Shown: positions 1-14,394, numbered from the stretch's first letter. The stretch is 64,000 nucleotides of DNA from Chrysomallon squamiferum (GCA_012295275.1 CM022666.1:2604001-2668000); one strand, 5' to 3'. Notes: a model not told the origin generated them from the letters alone. Made by a program: numbers and translations.

Positions 1-454
1 AAAAGATCAGAAAATCAGTCACTGTAATTAATCCTGGTATGTTAATTAGTAAGCTAAGATTTTATGGATTAATTGTATCTTGCACCATTAATGAAAACTG
101 ATTGATTTGTCATTACTGTGCTTTTTCCATGTCTTTGAAAAAATCAACTTCCTGTTTGTCTTGTGACAGTATAGCTGATATATAAATTATATAATTAATT
201 AGTTATATATATATATATATAATTAATAAAACAAATTAATAATTTCATCACATTAATGTTTGCCACACAAATTATACATATATAGGGACAGATAAATATA
301 GATATAGGTATGATATAATAAGTTTAGTAATTAATATAATTTATATATATATATAATAAGGTTTATAATTAATAAAACAAATTAATAATTTCATCACATT
401 AATGTTTGCCACACAAATTACATTATAATTTAGTTTGATTTCTGTTTCTAATAG

Positions 455-3400
455 TTCCCGATTTTGTACCAGTCATTGTAAGTCTTGTTGGAATGGATGC
501 CCACCGAATTATGGTAAACTGGACAGTAAGTATTTATATTTTGTTTTATTTATTTATTTATTTATATTATATTATATTATTATTATTATAATTTATATAT
601 TTTTTTTTTTTTTTTTTTTTTTGTATGTTGTTATTAATATTTTATACCAATAAAGAATAATCATGCAAACATGTCTTTGTATGGATGTATTTTGACCTAT
701 GTTGTATACTTAATTATTATCAAACACTGCTCTTCCAAAACAGTATATTTTAACTGAAATCTTAAACAAAACTTTCTTGTGTTGTATAATCCAATTATAA
801 TGGAAACTTATATGCGTAATATATTTAATTTAATCTGTTTATGTTATAATTTTTGTGACGATAATTTTCCTTTCAAACATTTAGTGAATAGACTGTTTAT
901 GTTCTTTCATTAAAGATTTCAGATTAGATAGAGTTAATCTGTACCAAATCCACATAATTGTCACAGATTTACATGTACTGTGTTGAGTTAGATGTGTTTA
1001 CAAGTTTTTAAGTAAAACATTATCGATACAACACACTTAAATTCCAAAATAATGATGATAAACTTTAACACAAAATTCATATAATGATACCACCCACTAA
1101 TCCTTGTATTATTATTATTTTTTAATTTTTTATTTAGAACCCAAAAGACACCAATGTCTTCCCACCAATTGATGGGTATGTTGTTTATATCAGAAAAACA
1201 AAAGAGGATGCTGAATTTACAAAATTCACTGTTAAGAACGTTTCTGCTATGTATTTTGTCATATCTGGCCTTAAGGAAAGGTCAAGGTATGAGGTCAAAA
1301 TTGCCGCATTTAATGTCAAAGGTCGTGGTTCATTTTCAAAATTGAAAGAAACTGCAACGAAATATGGTAAGTAAAAATAACAGCATGAATAATTTCACAG
1401 GTGAAATTGTTGTTGTTATTTAAGTAATAGTTTAATCTCTTCTTTGCTGAAGCAGATTTGCCATTTAATTTTGAATTACATTGTTTTGTGTATGACCAGT
1501 GAAAATGGTATGAGACACCCAAAGATTATGTTGTATCTCAGTGTACAATGTATTCAGAGACAGCTAAAGGTTTAGGTGGAAGAGAAATTCAAATCATATA
1601 GTAGTCAATAGTAGTACCTTGCTGCAGTTAAATTTATTTTGTTTCATTTATTTTCTTTGTTATAAAGATTTGTTTCATTTATTTTCTACATTATTCAGTT
1701 TTATTTCATTTTTCTACATTAGTCAGTTTTGTTTCATTTATTTTCTACATTATTAAATTTGATCCATTTTATATTTAATTTCCGAAATAAGACTATATTA
1801 CTTAATAATTTATTTAGATATTAAAAGAATTTTAAATTACATATGAAAAAAAAAATATATATATATATATATTATTTCATAAATCAATATTATTTCTATT
1901 TCTATTATTATGTTATTACAGAAATAAAAATATTTTATGTTTTAGCTTATGTTTAATACTTTTATTTCTGAAATAAAACTATATAATTTTTATATTTTAC
2001 TTCAGAAAAAAAAAAAAAAAAAAAAAAAAAACCAGACATTATTTCTGAAATAAAATTACAATAAAATTTATACATTTCAGAAACAAAACTACATTATTTT
2101 TATAAATTATTTTTTTTTAACATTATATTTGAAATATTATTATAAAAAAAAATGTATTTCTTAAATCTCCATTTATATTATTACTGACATAAAACTAGTA
2201 TTTACTTTGAAAATAAAAATTATTTCAATTATACATTCTATATTATTTTTCTTTTCATTATCTAAAAAAAAAAAAATAATAATAAAAACCTGGCTACATT
2301 AAAACTTGTAATTCATTTCAGAAATAAAAATATAATTAAACTTATAGTTCGTTTCTCTGATATAAGTATTTTATATTATTATTATTATTTTTATTTTTTT
2401 CAGAATTGTTCAGTGGTGCTGCCTATGTTAGCAATTTACAGATAAACGGATGGACGGCAGCAGTTATCGCAGGCTGTCTCTCAGCCCTTTGTGCCATCAT
2501 CTGTCTCCTTGTAATACTCATTCAGCATCATCGAATGAAAAAGAGAGACAGCGTGTCTTTCGTCAAACCCTCTCAAGCTCTGAGCAAGTTTTATGCCCAG
2601 AATCCCAAGTATGGCCATCTTGATTTTTTAATTTTCTGCTGACTTTTTTTTTTCTTTTTTTAATTTCTTTTTTTTTTTTTTAGATTTTTTCAAAATTTTA
2701 AAATTTTATTTAATTTAATTTTTTTATATTAACCTTTTTAAAAAAAAAAAAAATTTTTAATTTATTTTTTTTTATATTTTTTTTGGAGTTTTAAAATATT
2801 TCTCGATAGATTTTCATTGGTGTACGTTTTTATAGTTTTCATAATATAGCTGCCTATTTTAAAATTTTCCTTTGGTTTTTTTGAACATTTTTATAGTAGT
2901 GTAGAGTTTTTAGCATGTTTGTTTAACTGTTACTCTATTTCTGGTGTCAGAACTTGGTAAGGTAATCGAAGACACTTTCATAAAGTACAGTTATTTAAAG
3001 ATTTTCATGATTTCAAAGTTTTTACATCATTTTAAAAAAGAATTCTACCAAATTTTAAAACTTTAAAAATTTCAACTCTAATGAAGTGTTTAAATGCAGA
3101 ATTATAACCTTAAAACTTAATACATTTTTTATCTACTTAAACAAAACAATATTAAATCTAAATAACAATTTTCTTGTTTAGAATTTAAAATGTTTGTGTT
3201 AAAATATACCTGTGATGTTAACAAAAAAAAAAAAAAAAAAATAATAATAATAAAATAAAAAAATATATATATTTCGTAGAGTTTCGAGAGAAGTGGTTTT
3301 TTTCCACCTCAAGCTTTGCTGATAATAAAATATTATAGTAAAATAACAAGCCCTTGGAAATGCTGCCATTTTTATTGTTAAAGTATGAAAATTCTCAGAA

Positions 3401-3750
3401 GAAAAAACTGCAAAACTTGTCATCAATAACAATTTTATCCATATTAATTCATAATTTTAAATGAGTTTTTTTTAATGTTTATTTGAATACATATTTAACT
3501 TTGACATTTTCTTTCATATTATTATTCCAGGGTTTGAAATAATTTCCTAATCAATACTTTCAGTAAAACCAAAAGTTAAAATAACCTGTATACTTACAGA
3601 ATGTTTTATTTTTTTGTATTTTTCATATTTTTTTTTTTACATCCAAAAGACTAATAATATTTGTTACTGATAACAGTTTGGCATTTATTGTTATTACAAT
3701 TTTTAAAATCATTTTCAAATATATAGGTGTTCATTACATATCATATTAAT

Positions 3751-3783
<33 letters not shown>

Positions 3784-6314
3784 GTAGTAAAATAGACCTT
3801 AAATTAAAAAAAAAATAATAATAAAAGTAAAAAAAAATATAATTAGCAGTTTTTTACTGGTAAGGCTTGGCATGAAGAGGTTTCCATAGACACAGTTAAA
3901 ATAAATTTTGTAATTTTTCAAATGTAACTGTGAATTTTCCTTTTCAGCTTTGAAACACATTCAACTCCAGACTACTTTTTATATTAGGTTTGTGTTTCTT
4001 TTTTCCACTTGTGTATAATCATGATGCTGTTAATAAATAAATAAAATGTTATTTAATTTTTAAAGTGTATCTGTGGTGGTACACCTAAATATACTGTGTG
4101 AATTTGCAGGGTTTTATTTTTGTTTTTCTTGTTGTTGTCATTGTTTTGTTCAGTGGACAGAAATTTATTTTATTTTTTTATTTATTTCCTAACGAATATG
4201 TCACTTGACCAACCTTTGCTAATTATAAAGTATGTTGATAAAGTAACAAGCATGTTATCAAAATAATATATATATATTTTTTTTATATCATTTATACTGC
4301 TAATGATAATAAATGAAGTGAATAAGAATTTGGCAATTCTGCAGTGGTTTTATTTATTGATTTTATTATTGATTTTATTGAATTTATTTATTTATTTTGT
4401 TTCTATTTTTTTTTTTTTTTTTTTTTTTTTTTGATATTCATACTTTATTATTAGCAAACCTGAAAAAGGGTTACCCATGTGTGATGACTGCAGGTTTCAT
4501 ATGATTATCTGAGTGATTTTTATATTTTTTGAAAACATAGTGATTGTCTTTAAATACAGCATTTCTCATTTCTTTATTATTAATAGATGAAGCATTAATT
4601 TGAAAATACATAGAATGTGTTTAACTACACGCCACCAAAGATACACTTTAATAAGCATTAACATGAAAGCAGAATTTTAACAGTAAATATAACTGTCAAA
4701 TGTTTTATGATTTGATGACCAAGTCAGATCCAGATTTTCTGTAGGTGGGTTCACAACATTGCATTCATATTTAAATTTATTAAATTTTATTTTTAAATTT
4801 TATTTTATTTATTTATTTTTTTTTTTTTTTGTCCCCTATTATGATTAGATATTTTGGTGTTTTGTTGTGGATTTTAAAATTTCATTTTATTCTCATTTCT
4901 TTTTTTATTTTTTATTTTTTTCAATTTTAGCTTTTGGATGTATTTTATTTATATACCTAAGCTTTTCATTGACATTTTATTTTTATTAAATTTGCTCTTT
5001 TTAAAAAAAAAAAAAATTTAAATTTGCTTTTGTTTTTGCTTTTTTTTTTTTTCTGAAAATTATTACCATTTTATGCTTTTAATTCATCTTCTTTTTTCCT
5101 TTATTAATTTTCTGACTGATAGATTTTCCATATTATTATTAATTAATGACAACATTTTCTGTTTTCAGATTTTTAAAAAAACAATAATTATTTTACTTTT
5201 TTTTTTTATTTTATTTTTTTTATAAAACAATAAGGAATCAGAGAGATTAAATACAGTTTTGTAACATTTTATGTTGTTTACTAAAACATTTCTTCTTCAC
5301 TAACAAAATAATTTCTTTGTTATTTAACCACATGTTTTTCTGTGCCATGAAATATCTCTGTGAGAATGAGTTTATCATTGTTTTTTCCCACTCTTTTACT
5401 TGTTGATAAAGGTATTACAGACTTACAAAGTATACCCCAGGCTACAATTACTTTGCTAACAATAAAGGACATTTGATACTGCTCTTGTGATCACTTGGTG
5501 TGAACTATCTGGTCTCATTAACCTTCTTTTAATTCTTCAAATTTCCTTGACTTTATTGACACCTATAATCTGAAAAGCTGAAAGCAAATAAACTATATTA
5601 TTTACTACTGGATAAAAAATTAGAGTTAAAGTTGTCAGAAATGAGGAAAGATATTTTATATTTGTGGTATTTTCTTAATGGCTGTGTTCAAAATGTGACA
5701 GATCTTACATATACACATTACGTGAAAACAATCTGATAAAGATTATAATGTAACACACACACTTATGTATACAGATACGTAACACTTACATACATAGTTA
5801 TAACCATTCTGATTTGTGCAGAATTATCAGAATAAATATCCATATAAATGTATCAGAAAAAAATAAAATTTCTTATTATTTATTTATTCATCTATTTATT
5901 TATCTATTTATTTAATAAATTATTTATCTATCTATTTATTTATTTATTTATTCATCTATTTATTTATTTATCGATTTTTTTATCTAGTTATTTATTCATC
6001 TACTTATTTATTCATTTATCTATTTATTTATTAATTTATTCATCTATTATTTATCTATTTATTTATTTATCTACTTATTTATTTATTCATTCATCAAAAT
6101 ATCTATTTATCTATCTATTTATTTATTTATTTTTCAGTATTAGGCCCTACACTGATGATCTGTCGAATTCAGACAATGCTTTTGTTTATGGCAATTTAGC
6201 TTATGGCGATCAGTTTAATGATGACTATGTTGAGTTTATAAAAGCAAAATGGTGCACAGATTATAGACTAGATGCAATGAAGTAAGTATTAAAAATAAGT
6301 GTCTGTGTGTGTAT

Positions 6315-6389
<75 letters not shown>

Positions 6390-6402
6390 CTAGAGAGAGG
6401 GA

Positions 6403-6439
<37 letters not shown>

Positions 6440-7434
6440 GGAGGGGCTAGAGAGATGGAAGGGAGAGAGAGGAAAGGAGGGAGAGAGAGAGGGGGGGCTA
6501 GAGAGAGGAAAGGAGGGAGGGAGAGAGAGAGATGGAGGGAGGGGCTAGAGAGAGGAAAGGAATGAGGGAAGGAGAGAGAGAGTATCTAATTTATAAAAAG
6601 CAAAATGTTACAAAATATTGGTAATTATAAATATTAGCATCATGTGACTGCGTTATTATATGTATGTATTTGTGTCTATGTGTTCATGTGATTGTGTCTG
6701 TGTGTCTGTGTGTGTGTGTGTATGCATGCATATATTTGGATATATGTGTCCATGTGTGAAAATATGTATTCATGTATGCACGAGTGTGTCTGTGTTAAAA
6801 TATGTCTGTACATGTGTCTGTGTTTGTGTCTATATATGTATGCATGTCTGTGTTTTGTGTTAATGTGTCTGTGTGTGTGTTAGTATTTGTGTTCATATCA
6901 CTGTGTTTAAAATGCACAGACAAGCCTTTGAGTTTGTGAGGAAAGATTTATCTGTATGTGTATACATATGTGAAAAAACGGGAATTTATTCCAAATGGAT
7001 TATAATTTATGAAAATAAAGTATTTTTTCTCTATTAGAAACCGAAAAGGAGCTGATGTTTGGTTTACTCGTGTCAACCCTGCTTTTTGTGATGATGTCGA
7101 CAACAAGGTATTTAGTGACAATTCACTTAACATGACAATAACGATAATCATAATTATTAGGTTATACAGGTTTAAAACTGAACGTCTGTATGTCTGTGTT
7201 GTCTCCGATTTGTTTCAGTTTTCTCTTTCTTCCATAACCTTTCTGTTTGATATCCATTAATAATAGAATATGATGAGGTACAATTGAAGTCATGTTAATT
7301 AATTTGCTTTTATCTTGTTTTGTTTTTAATAACAGGAGGAATTATTACACGATCACAACACTGATATCTATCAACCAGTCGGGGAGAACTTTGCACCATG
7401 TAAGTCACTGCTGAGTAAATAGTTGTATATGTAT

Positions 7435-7469
<35 letters not shown>

Positions 7470-7854
7470 AGGGAAGGATGAACAGAGAGAGAAAGAGGGA
7501 GGGGGAGAGGGAGAGAAAGAGAGAAAGATTTAGAATAAAGACTGTGTACAGAATTCATAAAATAACTAAGTTTATTAACTAAATAAATTGTTGCTATAAT
7601 CTGCATTTAATTTTACTGCACCTGCAACTTTCAGCTGAGAATTTCTTTAAAAGTATCTCTTTTTTTCTCTCTCCTTCTTTATTTCTTAATTTGTAGGTTG
7701 TATATATATTTCAGCAGACTGTGGTCTGGCCACAATAGATGGAGATCCTGATGAAAACTTTCTCCTTTTACCCAAACCGAATGAAGTCAATGGACGATTG
7801 ACAAGGAAACCAGTTGAACATGTAGAACAAGAGGTGAAAATGTATGAAAAGTAG
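455..7854 (+). CDS. 3' part of a single-pass type I membrane protein (fibronectin type III domain, TM helix, Tyr-rich cytoplasmic tail); 5' exons lie outside the window
   Basis: Phase-compatible GT-AG exons: 455-525 (PDFVPVIVSLVGMDAHRIMVNWT), 1138-1366 (PIDGYVVY...ISGLKERSRYEVKIAAFNVKGRGSFS, a textbook FN3 pattern), 2404-2608 (TM WTAAVIAGCLSALCAIICLLVILI then HHRMKKR), 6138-6281, 7038-7107, 7336-7399 and 7715-7854 (stop TAG). The exact family (Ig/FN3 adhesion receptor or other) cannot be assigned. Confidence 0.85.
6316..6581. repeat. (GA)n / purine-rich microsatellite in an intron, followed by a degenerate (TG)n tract to ~6880
   Basis: Directly visible; it accounts for the ERERER and CVCV ORFs. 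Confidence 0.95.
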
Positions 7855-8723
7855 AAGTAAATAAACTTCTTCAGTAGGATCTCTCTTTTTTCTTTTTTTT
7901 TTAATTATAATATTTCTGATGTTTATTATTATTATTATTGTTATTATTATTATTATTATTGTTTTTATTATAATATTTCTGATGTTTATTATTATTATTA
8001 TTATTGTTATTGTTATTGTTATTATTGTTGTTTTTGTTACTGGGTTCATTGACTGCTTTAGATAAGCTTGCATCTCCATAGCACAGGGTCCAACCCATGA
8101 ACCTAGGGCACAAACAGTGATCACTGGATAGATCACTTAGCAAATGTGTTTTTATTTTAAAAGAGAGCTCTTCTGTAGTTCTCTTCCATTGAGATGTTGC
8201 CTTGGAGACTGCTGACGTTTGTCTTCAGGCTCTTCTTCGCTGTTCCCAGATCACCAGTAGCAGCAGGCTCTATTTAGTTATTGTTGTCGTCATTGCCCGA
8301 CATCTTTACTAATCTCTATTTCCAGGTCTTCGCTCTTGGATATCCTCTCCATTTTTGTTTTTGTTTTCATTGATGCATTTCTCCCTGGTGCTGTGGTTAC
8401 GTCTTTTTCATTCTTGCTCTCAGCAACAGTAATTAGTTGATCTCTTTCTAAAGGACAGCCGCCCTCTGTCGTTGTTTGTGGCAGATGTTTGGGCTGCATG
8501 TGTGCAGCAAGCAGAATGTGGCGTTGGCAGATCTACCAGTGCATTACATGACGATCCTGCCTTGTCGTTTCACAGGATGTGCTCATTAGTTGCCGAGGAT
8601 TGGCATCCAAAAACAAGTTGGTCAACTCACTGTGTGTACATCCTTTGTTATTGTGCTGATGAATGATCTGGTTATAGTTAACAAGGCCGCCAGTTCTGCT
8701 GCTTTGAGTCCTAAGATCACCAG

Positions 8724-9100
8724 CCTGTATTATAGCCTATATTGTATTGCGGCCTATATAGTATTATAGCCTATATTGTATTGCGGCCTATATAGTATTA
8801 TAGCCTGTATTGTATTGCAGTCTATATTGTATTATGGCTTGTATTGTATTGCGGCCTATATAGTATTATAGCCTGTACTGTATTGCAGTCTATATTGTAT
8901 TATGGCCTATACTATACTATATTGCATCTATATTGTATTGTAACCTATATTGTGTTGTAGCTTTTGTGTACTGTACCTATAGTGAATTATACATATATTG
9001 TATAGTACCTATATTGTAATATATCCTACATGTACTGTAGCCTATATTGTATTGTACCCTGCATGTACTGTAGCCTGTATTGTATTGTAGCTGGTATTGT
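8724..9100. repeat. 17-bp minisatellite (tatagcctatattgtat / tgcggcctatatagtat alternating)
   Basis: Tandem 17-nt units with alternating variants that decay toward 9100. Confidence 0.9.
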
Positions 9101-10554
9101 ACAGTGAGAACAAAATTAGAAGAAAAACACATGTACTGCACATTTATCCCTTGACACTTACTTGAGAAGGTAGTATATTTAAAGAAAAATAAAACAAATG
9201 ACTCTGATATTTGGTGTATCAGTTTAAAATTGTATAATCCAAAAAAATACATACACTGAATGAACACCGACTTTATTAAACCAGAATATGTGCCTAACGT
9301 TACATTCATTACAGCCTTGACAATATAAATATTAATTATAAATTATTTACTTGCATAGTTAATACTGAGAGCTGTGTGTGTGTGTGTGTGTGTGTTTAAA
9401 TACATGTGTGTGTGTGTGTGTGTTTGTGTTTAAACACAAGTATACATGGGTGTGTGTGTGGGTTATGGACAAAAGTTCACAGTGGTTTTTCAGTGAAATC
9501 CAGAGACAGTTTTTAAGACATTTCTACAAAGATCAGTTCAGCCACATATCTGCCATTTTGTTCACCTTTCAAAATACGTATGTATGTCATATTATCACGT
9601 GAAAGAAAAACGACCTGCTGAAACACCTACTACTGAGTCATGCAGTGAATTTTTGTTTCAATCCCAGTATTTAACAAAAATATTTATAAAATTTATAAAA
9701 AATAAATATGCATGTAAGTAATGACGATGATATAGATAATATTAATGTAAAGAAATCGTTCTGTGGTTTTCCAAACCCTAACTTCTGTCTGGTTGTTTTG
9801 GAAACAGCTTAAAAGAAATTTTTAATGAGGTGACTATTTTTAACGCAGATTTGGCATGTTTATCAGTTTTCTGTTTGTGTAGTTATAATTGTATTATTAT
9901 TTGTTGATCACCATGTTGCCTAGGATATATTTCTTTATTTAGCTTTTAAACATTTTTACTGTTTTTCCTAATGCAGTTTTAGATATAGATTACATAAATG
10001 TATTGACATTTCATTTTGTTTTTCATTTGTATTATTTTTCATTTTTTCTTTTCATTATTGCTAAAACATTTTGACGTTTTTTTACTGTTTTAATTTATAT
10101 TATTTTTTTTTATTATTGTCATCTTCTTTTCATTATTTATTTTTAATTAAACTTGTTTTTGTTTGTTTGTTTATTTACTTAGTTAAAGTAATATCATGAG
10201 CTGTGTGTTTGCAATGTATAACGGCCATTTTGGATTTTTTTTTTTTAAAAACCAAATCTTCCACCACAGATATGTATTAAACTTATTTACTGTTAGGAAA
10301 GTTATATCTGTAATAAATTTATTATTTCCACTTCAAAAGTAATTTTGTTAAAGGAATATCTTAATTCTTCACCACTGTCTTTCAAAGGAAAAACAAAATG
10401 GTGGATTTACGCTAGTATGTTGGAAAAACTATTGATATAAATCATGTAAAAAGAAGCAGATCCAGAAACAGATAGTATATAAAATATGAAATATAAATTT
10501 AATGCTTTCCTTGATTTTTGTTCACCTTTTAGTCAACTTCAGCTTAGGAATATA

Positions 10555-10700
10555 CAGTGGTACCTTGACTTACGAATTTAATTCGTTCCGTGACTGAACT
10601 TATATCTCAATTTGCTCGTTTATCATAATCAGTTTTCCTAACTGAAATTAATTGAAATATTATTAATTCATTCCAGCCCCCCAAAAACCACCCCCTTTTT
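10555..10700. mobile_element. Tigger/pogo-like DNA transposon terminus (MITE-like fragment)
   Basis: TA followed by CAGTGGTACCTTGACTTACGAA...TTAATTCGTTCCG resembles pogo/Tigger TIR starts with a TA target site. No partner TIR was seen. Confidence 0.55.
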
Positions 10701-10845
10701 TTATATTTTTTTTTTTATTGGTAACATGTTTTTAAATAAGAAAAATGTATTTGAAATAAAATTAAATTTGGCAAAACAATAAAAAATATTAATAACCTTT
10801 AGCATAAAAACAGTGTAAATTCAGATCTGCATTCATGTGTTTCAG

Positions 10846-10972
10846 AGATTTTTCTGATGATACAAGTGTGTCATCTGCAGCTTCTTATGATAGCAGAAGA
10901 CCCCCAGAAACTCTTCGAAATCTTTTCATTCCACCAGAGTCGAGCTTAACACACACGGGAAATATCACATGA
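10846..10972 (+). CDS. Possible alternative terminal exon of the FN3/TM gene
   Basis: Acceptor tgtgtttcag at 10836-10845, then an open phase-2 frame DFSDDTSVSSAASYDSRRPPETLRNLFIPPESSLTHTGNIT*, GC-richer than its flanks. The matching upstream donor is not clearly identified. Confidence 0.45.
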
Positions 10973-11094
10973 CTTTAACTGAAGCAGGATTTACTTCTTC
11001 AGATTAGCTCACTTTTCAGTGCACCAGACAGACTAACTGGTTCTATTCAGTAAAAAGTGCCAATGATGATGAAAGTAAAGATATTTAACATATT

Positions 11095-11722
11095 GTGAAT
11101 ATTAAAGATGCTTAATCTACTGTGAATATTAAAGACACTTGATCTGTTGTGAATATTAAAGACACTTGATCTACTGTGAATATTAAAGACTTGATATGTT
11201 GTGAATATTAAAGACACAAGATCTGTTGTGAATATTAAAGACACAAGATCTGTTGTGAATATTAAAGACACTTGATCTACTGTGAATATTAAAGACTTGA
11301 TATGTTGTGAATATTAAAGACACAAGATCTGTTGTGAATATTAAAGACACTTGATCAACTGTGAATATTAAAGACACTTGATCTATTGTGAATATTAAAG
11401 ATTTGATATACTGTGAATATTAAAGACACATGATCTGTTGTGAATATTAAAGACACTTGATCAACTGTGAATATTAAAGACACTTGATCTATTGTGAATA
11501 TTAAAGACACATGATCTGTTGTGAATTTTAAAGACACTTGATCTACTGTGAATATTAAAGACTTGATATGTTGTGAATATTAAAGACATTTGATCTGTTG
11601 TGAATATTAAAGACATTTAATCTGTTGTGAATATTAAAGAAACTTAATCTGCTATGAATATTATAGTTAGTAGATCTGTTGTGAATATTACAGAAACTTG
11701 ACATATTATGAATATTAAACAC
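11095..11722. repeat. 27-bp minisatellite (gtgaatattaaagacacttgatctgtt) with interspersed 25-bp variants, roughly two dozen units
   Basis: Head-to-tail units without unique spacers; 25-nt variants start at 11176, 11282, 11388 and 11548. Confidence 0.95.
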
Positions 11723-14224
11723 TCTGGATGCATTACAAAAGTGTTCACAGTAATGGATTTCTAAAAGAACTAAGTTTAAAATCAATTTTAAAACTTATAC
11801 ACAATACTACTAACTTCATATTTCTGAATCTGGTTTTTAAAGACACACGAGAAAGATTTTAAAAATAATGATTTTTAGAAAATCCCAAAAGATGAGAAAC
11901 GATAAAATTATTTCAGCAATTCCAAATACACTCTTATTTTTTTCTAAAATAATTGAAGTTCTTCTCATTTCAAACAGACAACTCAAAGTTGTGGTCATGG
12001 CATCACTGCATTCACAAAATTATGGCGGTTTTATATTTTACAAAGATTTTGGTGATGAAGGCACGAGGCAATGTTGTTTTTGTTTCACTATCCTTGATCA
12101 CAAGGTGGTTGTTCATGGTTTTTAGTTGTAGCTATGTCGTATACAAACTGATGTTGTTATGACTACAATCTTCAACTGATAATTATACTATCTATGTTGC
12201 TATTGAAAAAAAAAAATTGTATATGAAAATGTAACTGTATCTGCAACTGAGAAAAACAAAATTAAAAAACTGAAGATTTCTGTTTTTTTATCATTTTTTT
12301 TTTCAAAGTGATTTAACATTAAATATTTTTGAAACTGAATTTGATAGACAAATAAATTACTGTGGAATGTATTCAGTTACAGTTGTACAGTAAATTATTA
12401 ACTAAGAATCATCATTTGCTAAATTGCCTTCCCTCTCTCTTTTTTCTGTTTTTTTTTTTCTTGGTTTTTCAATATTAAATACAGCGGTATTGAACACATA
12501 TTTTATATAAAAATTCATTTGTTGTTAATAAAACAGTTTTTGTTTTAGAAATATCTTATTATGAAACATAAAACACATTAAGTGAAAGTGCTGATTTTTA
12601 TTAAAATTAATGTTATGGCAAATATTTATATATGGTCATTATTTTCAATTTGTGATTTTTCTTTATTTTCTTGAAATTATTACAAGCAGAAAGCAACTGA
12701 GTTATGATACGAAAAGAAAAATGCCTATTTTCATCAAAGAAAATTTACTATAATTTATATTATTTATTTTTAAAATTCTTAAATCATATTGCTTTTTGGT
12801 GTTTGTTTTATTTATTTATTTTTTTACTAATAATTGGTATATACTGAATCTGTATACAGAATGTACTAATACCATTATTCTTTTCTCAATATTGAATTAA
12901 TTCTGATTTAAAATAAATGTATGTATGTATGTTTATATTAATATTGTTTGCTGCTACATGTAAATTGTGAATCAAAATGGATTGTATACATACACACATT
13001 CATACAAAAACACGTACATACATTTATATATACATACTTGTATTATATAAACATATTTTGGTATAAAATTACTTTTCTTATTTTGGTTTATACAAATAAA
13101 TATGGACTCTCCAAATGTGTAGATGAAAATTTTTGTGTTTTTATTTTAAAGCATTTTTAAAAAAAAATAATATAAAAAAATTTGTATTCATACATTTGAT
13201 AACAAAGCATATGCAATATTTACTTTTATATAAATTAATACATTTTTTACCCAAATTCAATATAAATTCAAACCAAAGTAGAATTAAAGCATGATGATTA
13301 TAACCACAAACATTTTTATATATAAATTTCTTAAAAACAATTAGATTACAAAATTCAAAATGGCCGTGCAAACATACAGCCCAGACAAAAAGCATTTTTG
13401 GATATTACTTTAACTAAGTAAATAAACAAAATGAAAAATTAAAAAAACAAAGTTTAAGTGAAAATAAATAATGAAAAGAAAATGAAAATAAATAAAAATA
13501 ATATAAATTAAAACAGTAAGAAATGTCATAATGTTTTAGTAATGAAAAGAAAAAAAAAAAAAAAAAAAACTACAACGAAATGAAACGTCAAATATGTTTC
13601 AGTAGTATTTACATGAAACCGCATTAGGAAAAAATAGTAAAACGTGAATTAAATAAATAAATTTAAAATAGATAAATAGGTGAAGAAAATGTTTGGAAGC
13701 TTGATGTAATTAATAGAAACTACATAAAATATTGCCTGACTGATACATATATATAGCTCCTTAATCTTTATGCAAGAGAAATGAAAAAAAAAAAATTCAA
13801 AAAAAACAAAACACATATTTATAAATAAACATTTTTTTAGAAGCCACAGTATGCAGGATTTTTTTTTGGGTTTTTTTTTTTTTTTTTTACCTCAAAACGT
13901 AATGTGGACATTCTGTGAATTCCCTTGCATTGGTCCACACGCGCGCACAGACAAATACACCAATGCTATTAAAAAAAGAAATGATATGCGTCCTCAACGA
14001 AAGATCATTACGCTACCACCCAGGCAGAAGCATGCGTGTATAAGAGTGTTTTATTTAGTGACAACGTAATAAATATACTCTAGCAGGTCATAGATTAGTC
14101 TGCCAGCTGACGGAACGGTGTAAAAGAATTTAATACTGGATAATAAAAAGATACCCGGGTAACATCCATTTTGTATAACCATTTACAGTTTTTTGACGCA
14201 TGCTATCTTTATATACATACATAC

Positions 14225-14294
<70 letters not shown>

Positions 14295-14356
14295 TTATAC
14301 ATATGTATATACATATATATATATATATTTATTTATACATACTTATACACACACAA

Positions 14357-14394
<38 letters not shown>

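Noticed and set aside
219-420. Short local duplications (219-274 and 365-420; also ~22525-22780, ~26357-26421, ~34900-35090)
   Set aside because: Simple slippage-type duplications in non-coding DNA with no sign of function.
4453-4570. SINE-tail-like remnants (also ~44153-44225 and ~51160-51330)
   Set aside because: They only vaguely resemble gastropod SINE tails as I recall them; too degraded, with no tRNA-like head or TSD visible.
5848-6883. Low-complexity ORFs (IYLF, ERER, CVCV, poly-I/L/N, HTHT) here and throughout the window
   Set aside because: They are translations of microsatellites; only the embedded exon 6138-6281 is credible.
9494-9577. Possible symmetric phase-2 exon (EIQRQFLRHFY...) linking to 10846
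   Set aside because: Splice signals exist, but the peptide is unconvincing and no good phase-2 donor was found in the preceding exon.
11095-11722. CRISPR-like periodic array (also 41900-42495 and 47930-48200)
   Set aside because: Units are head-to-tail with no unique spacers, there are no cas genes, and the context is eukaryotic; these are ordinary minisatellites.
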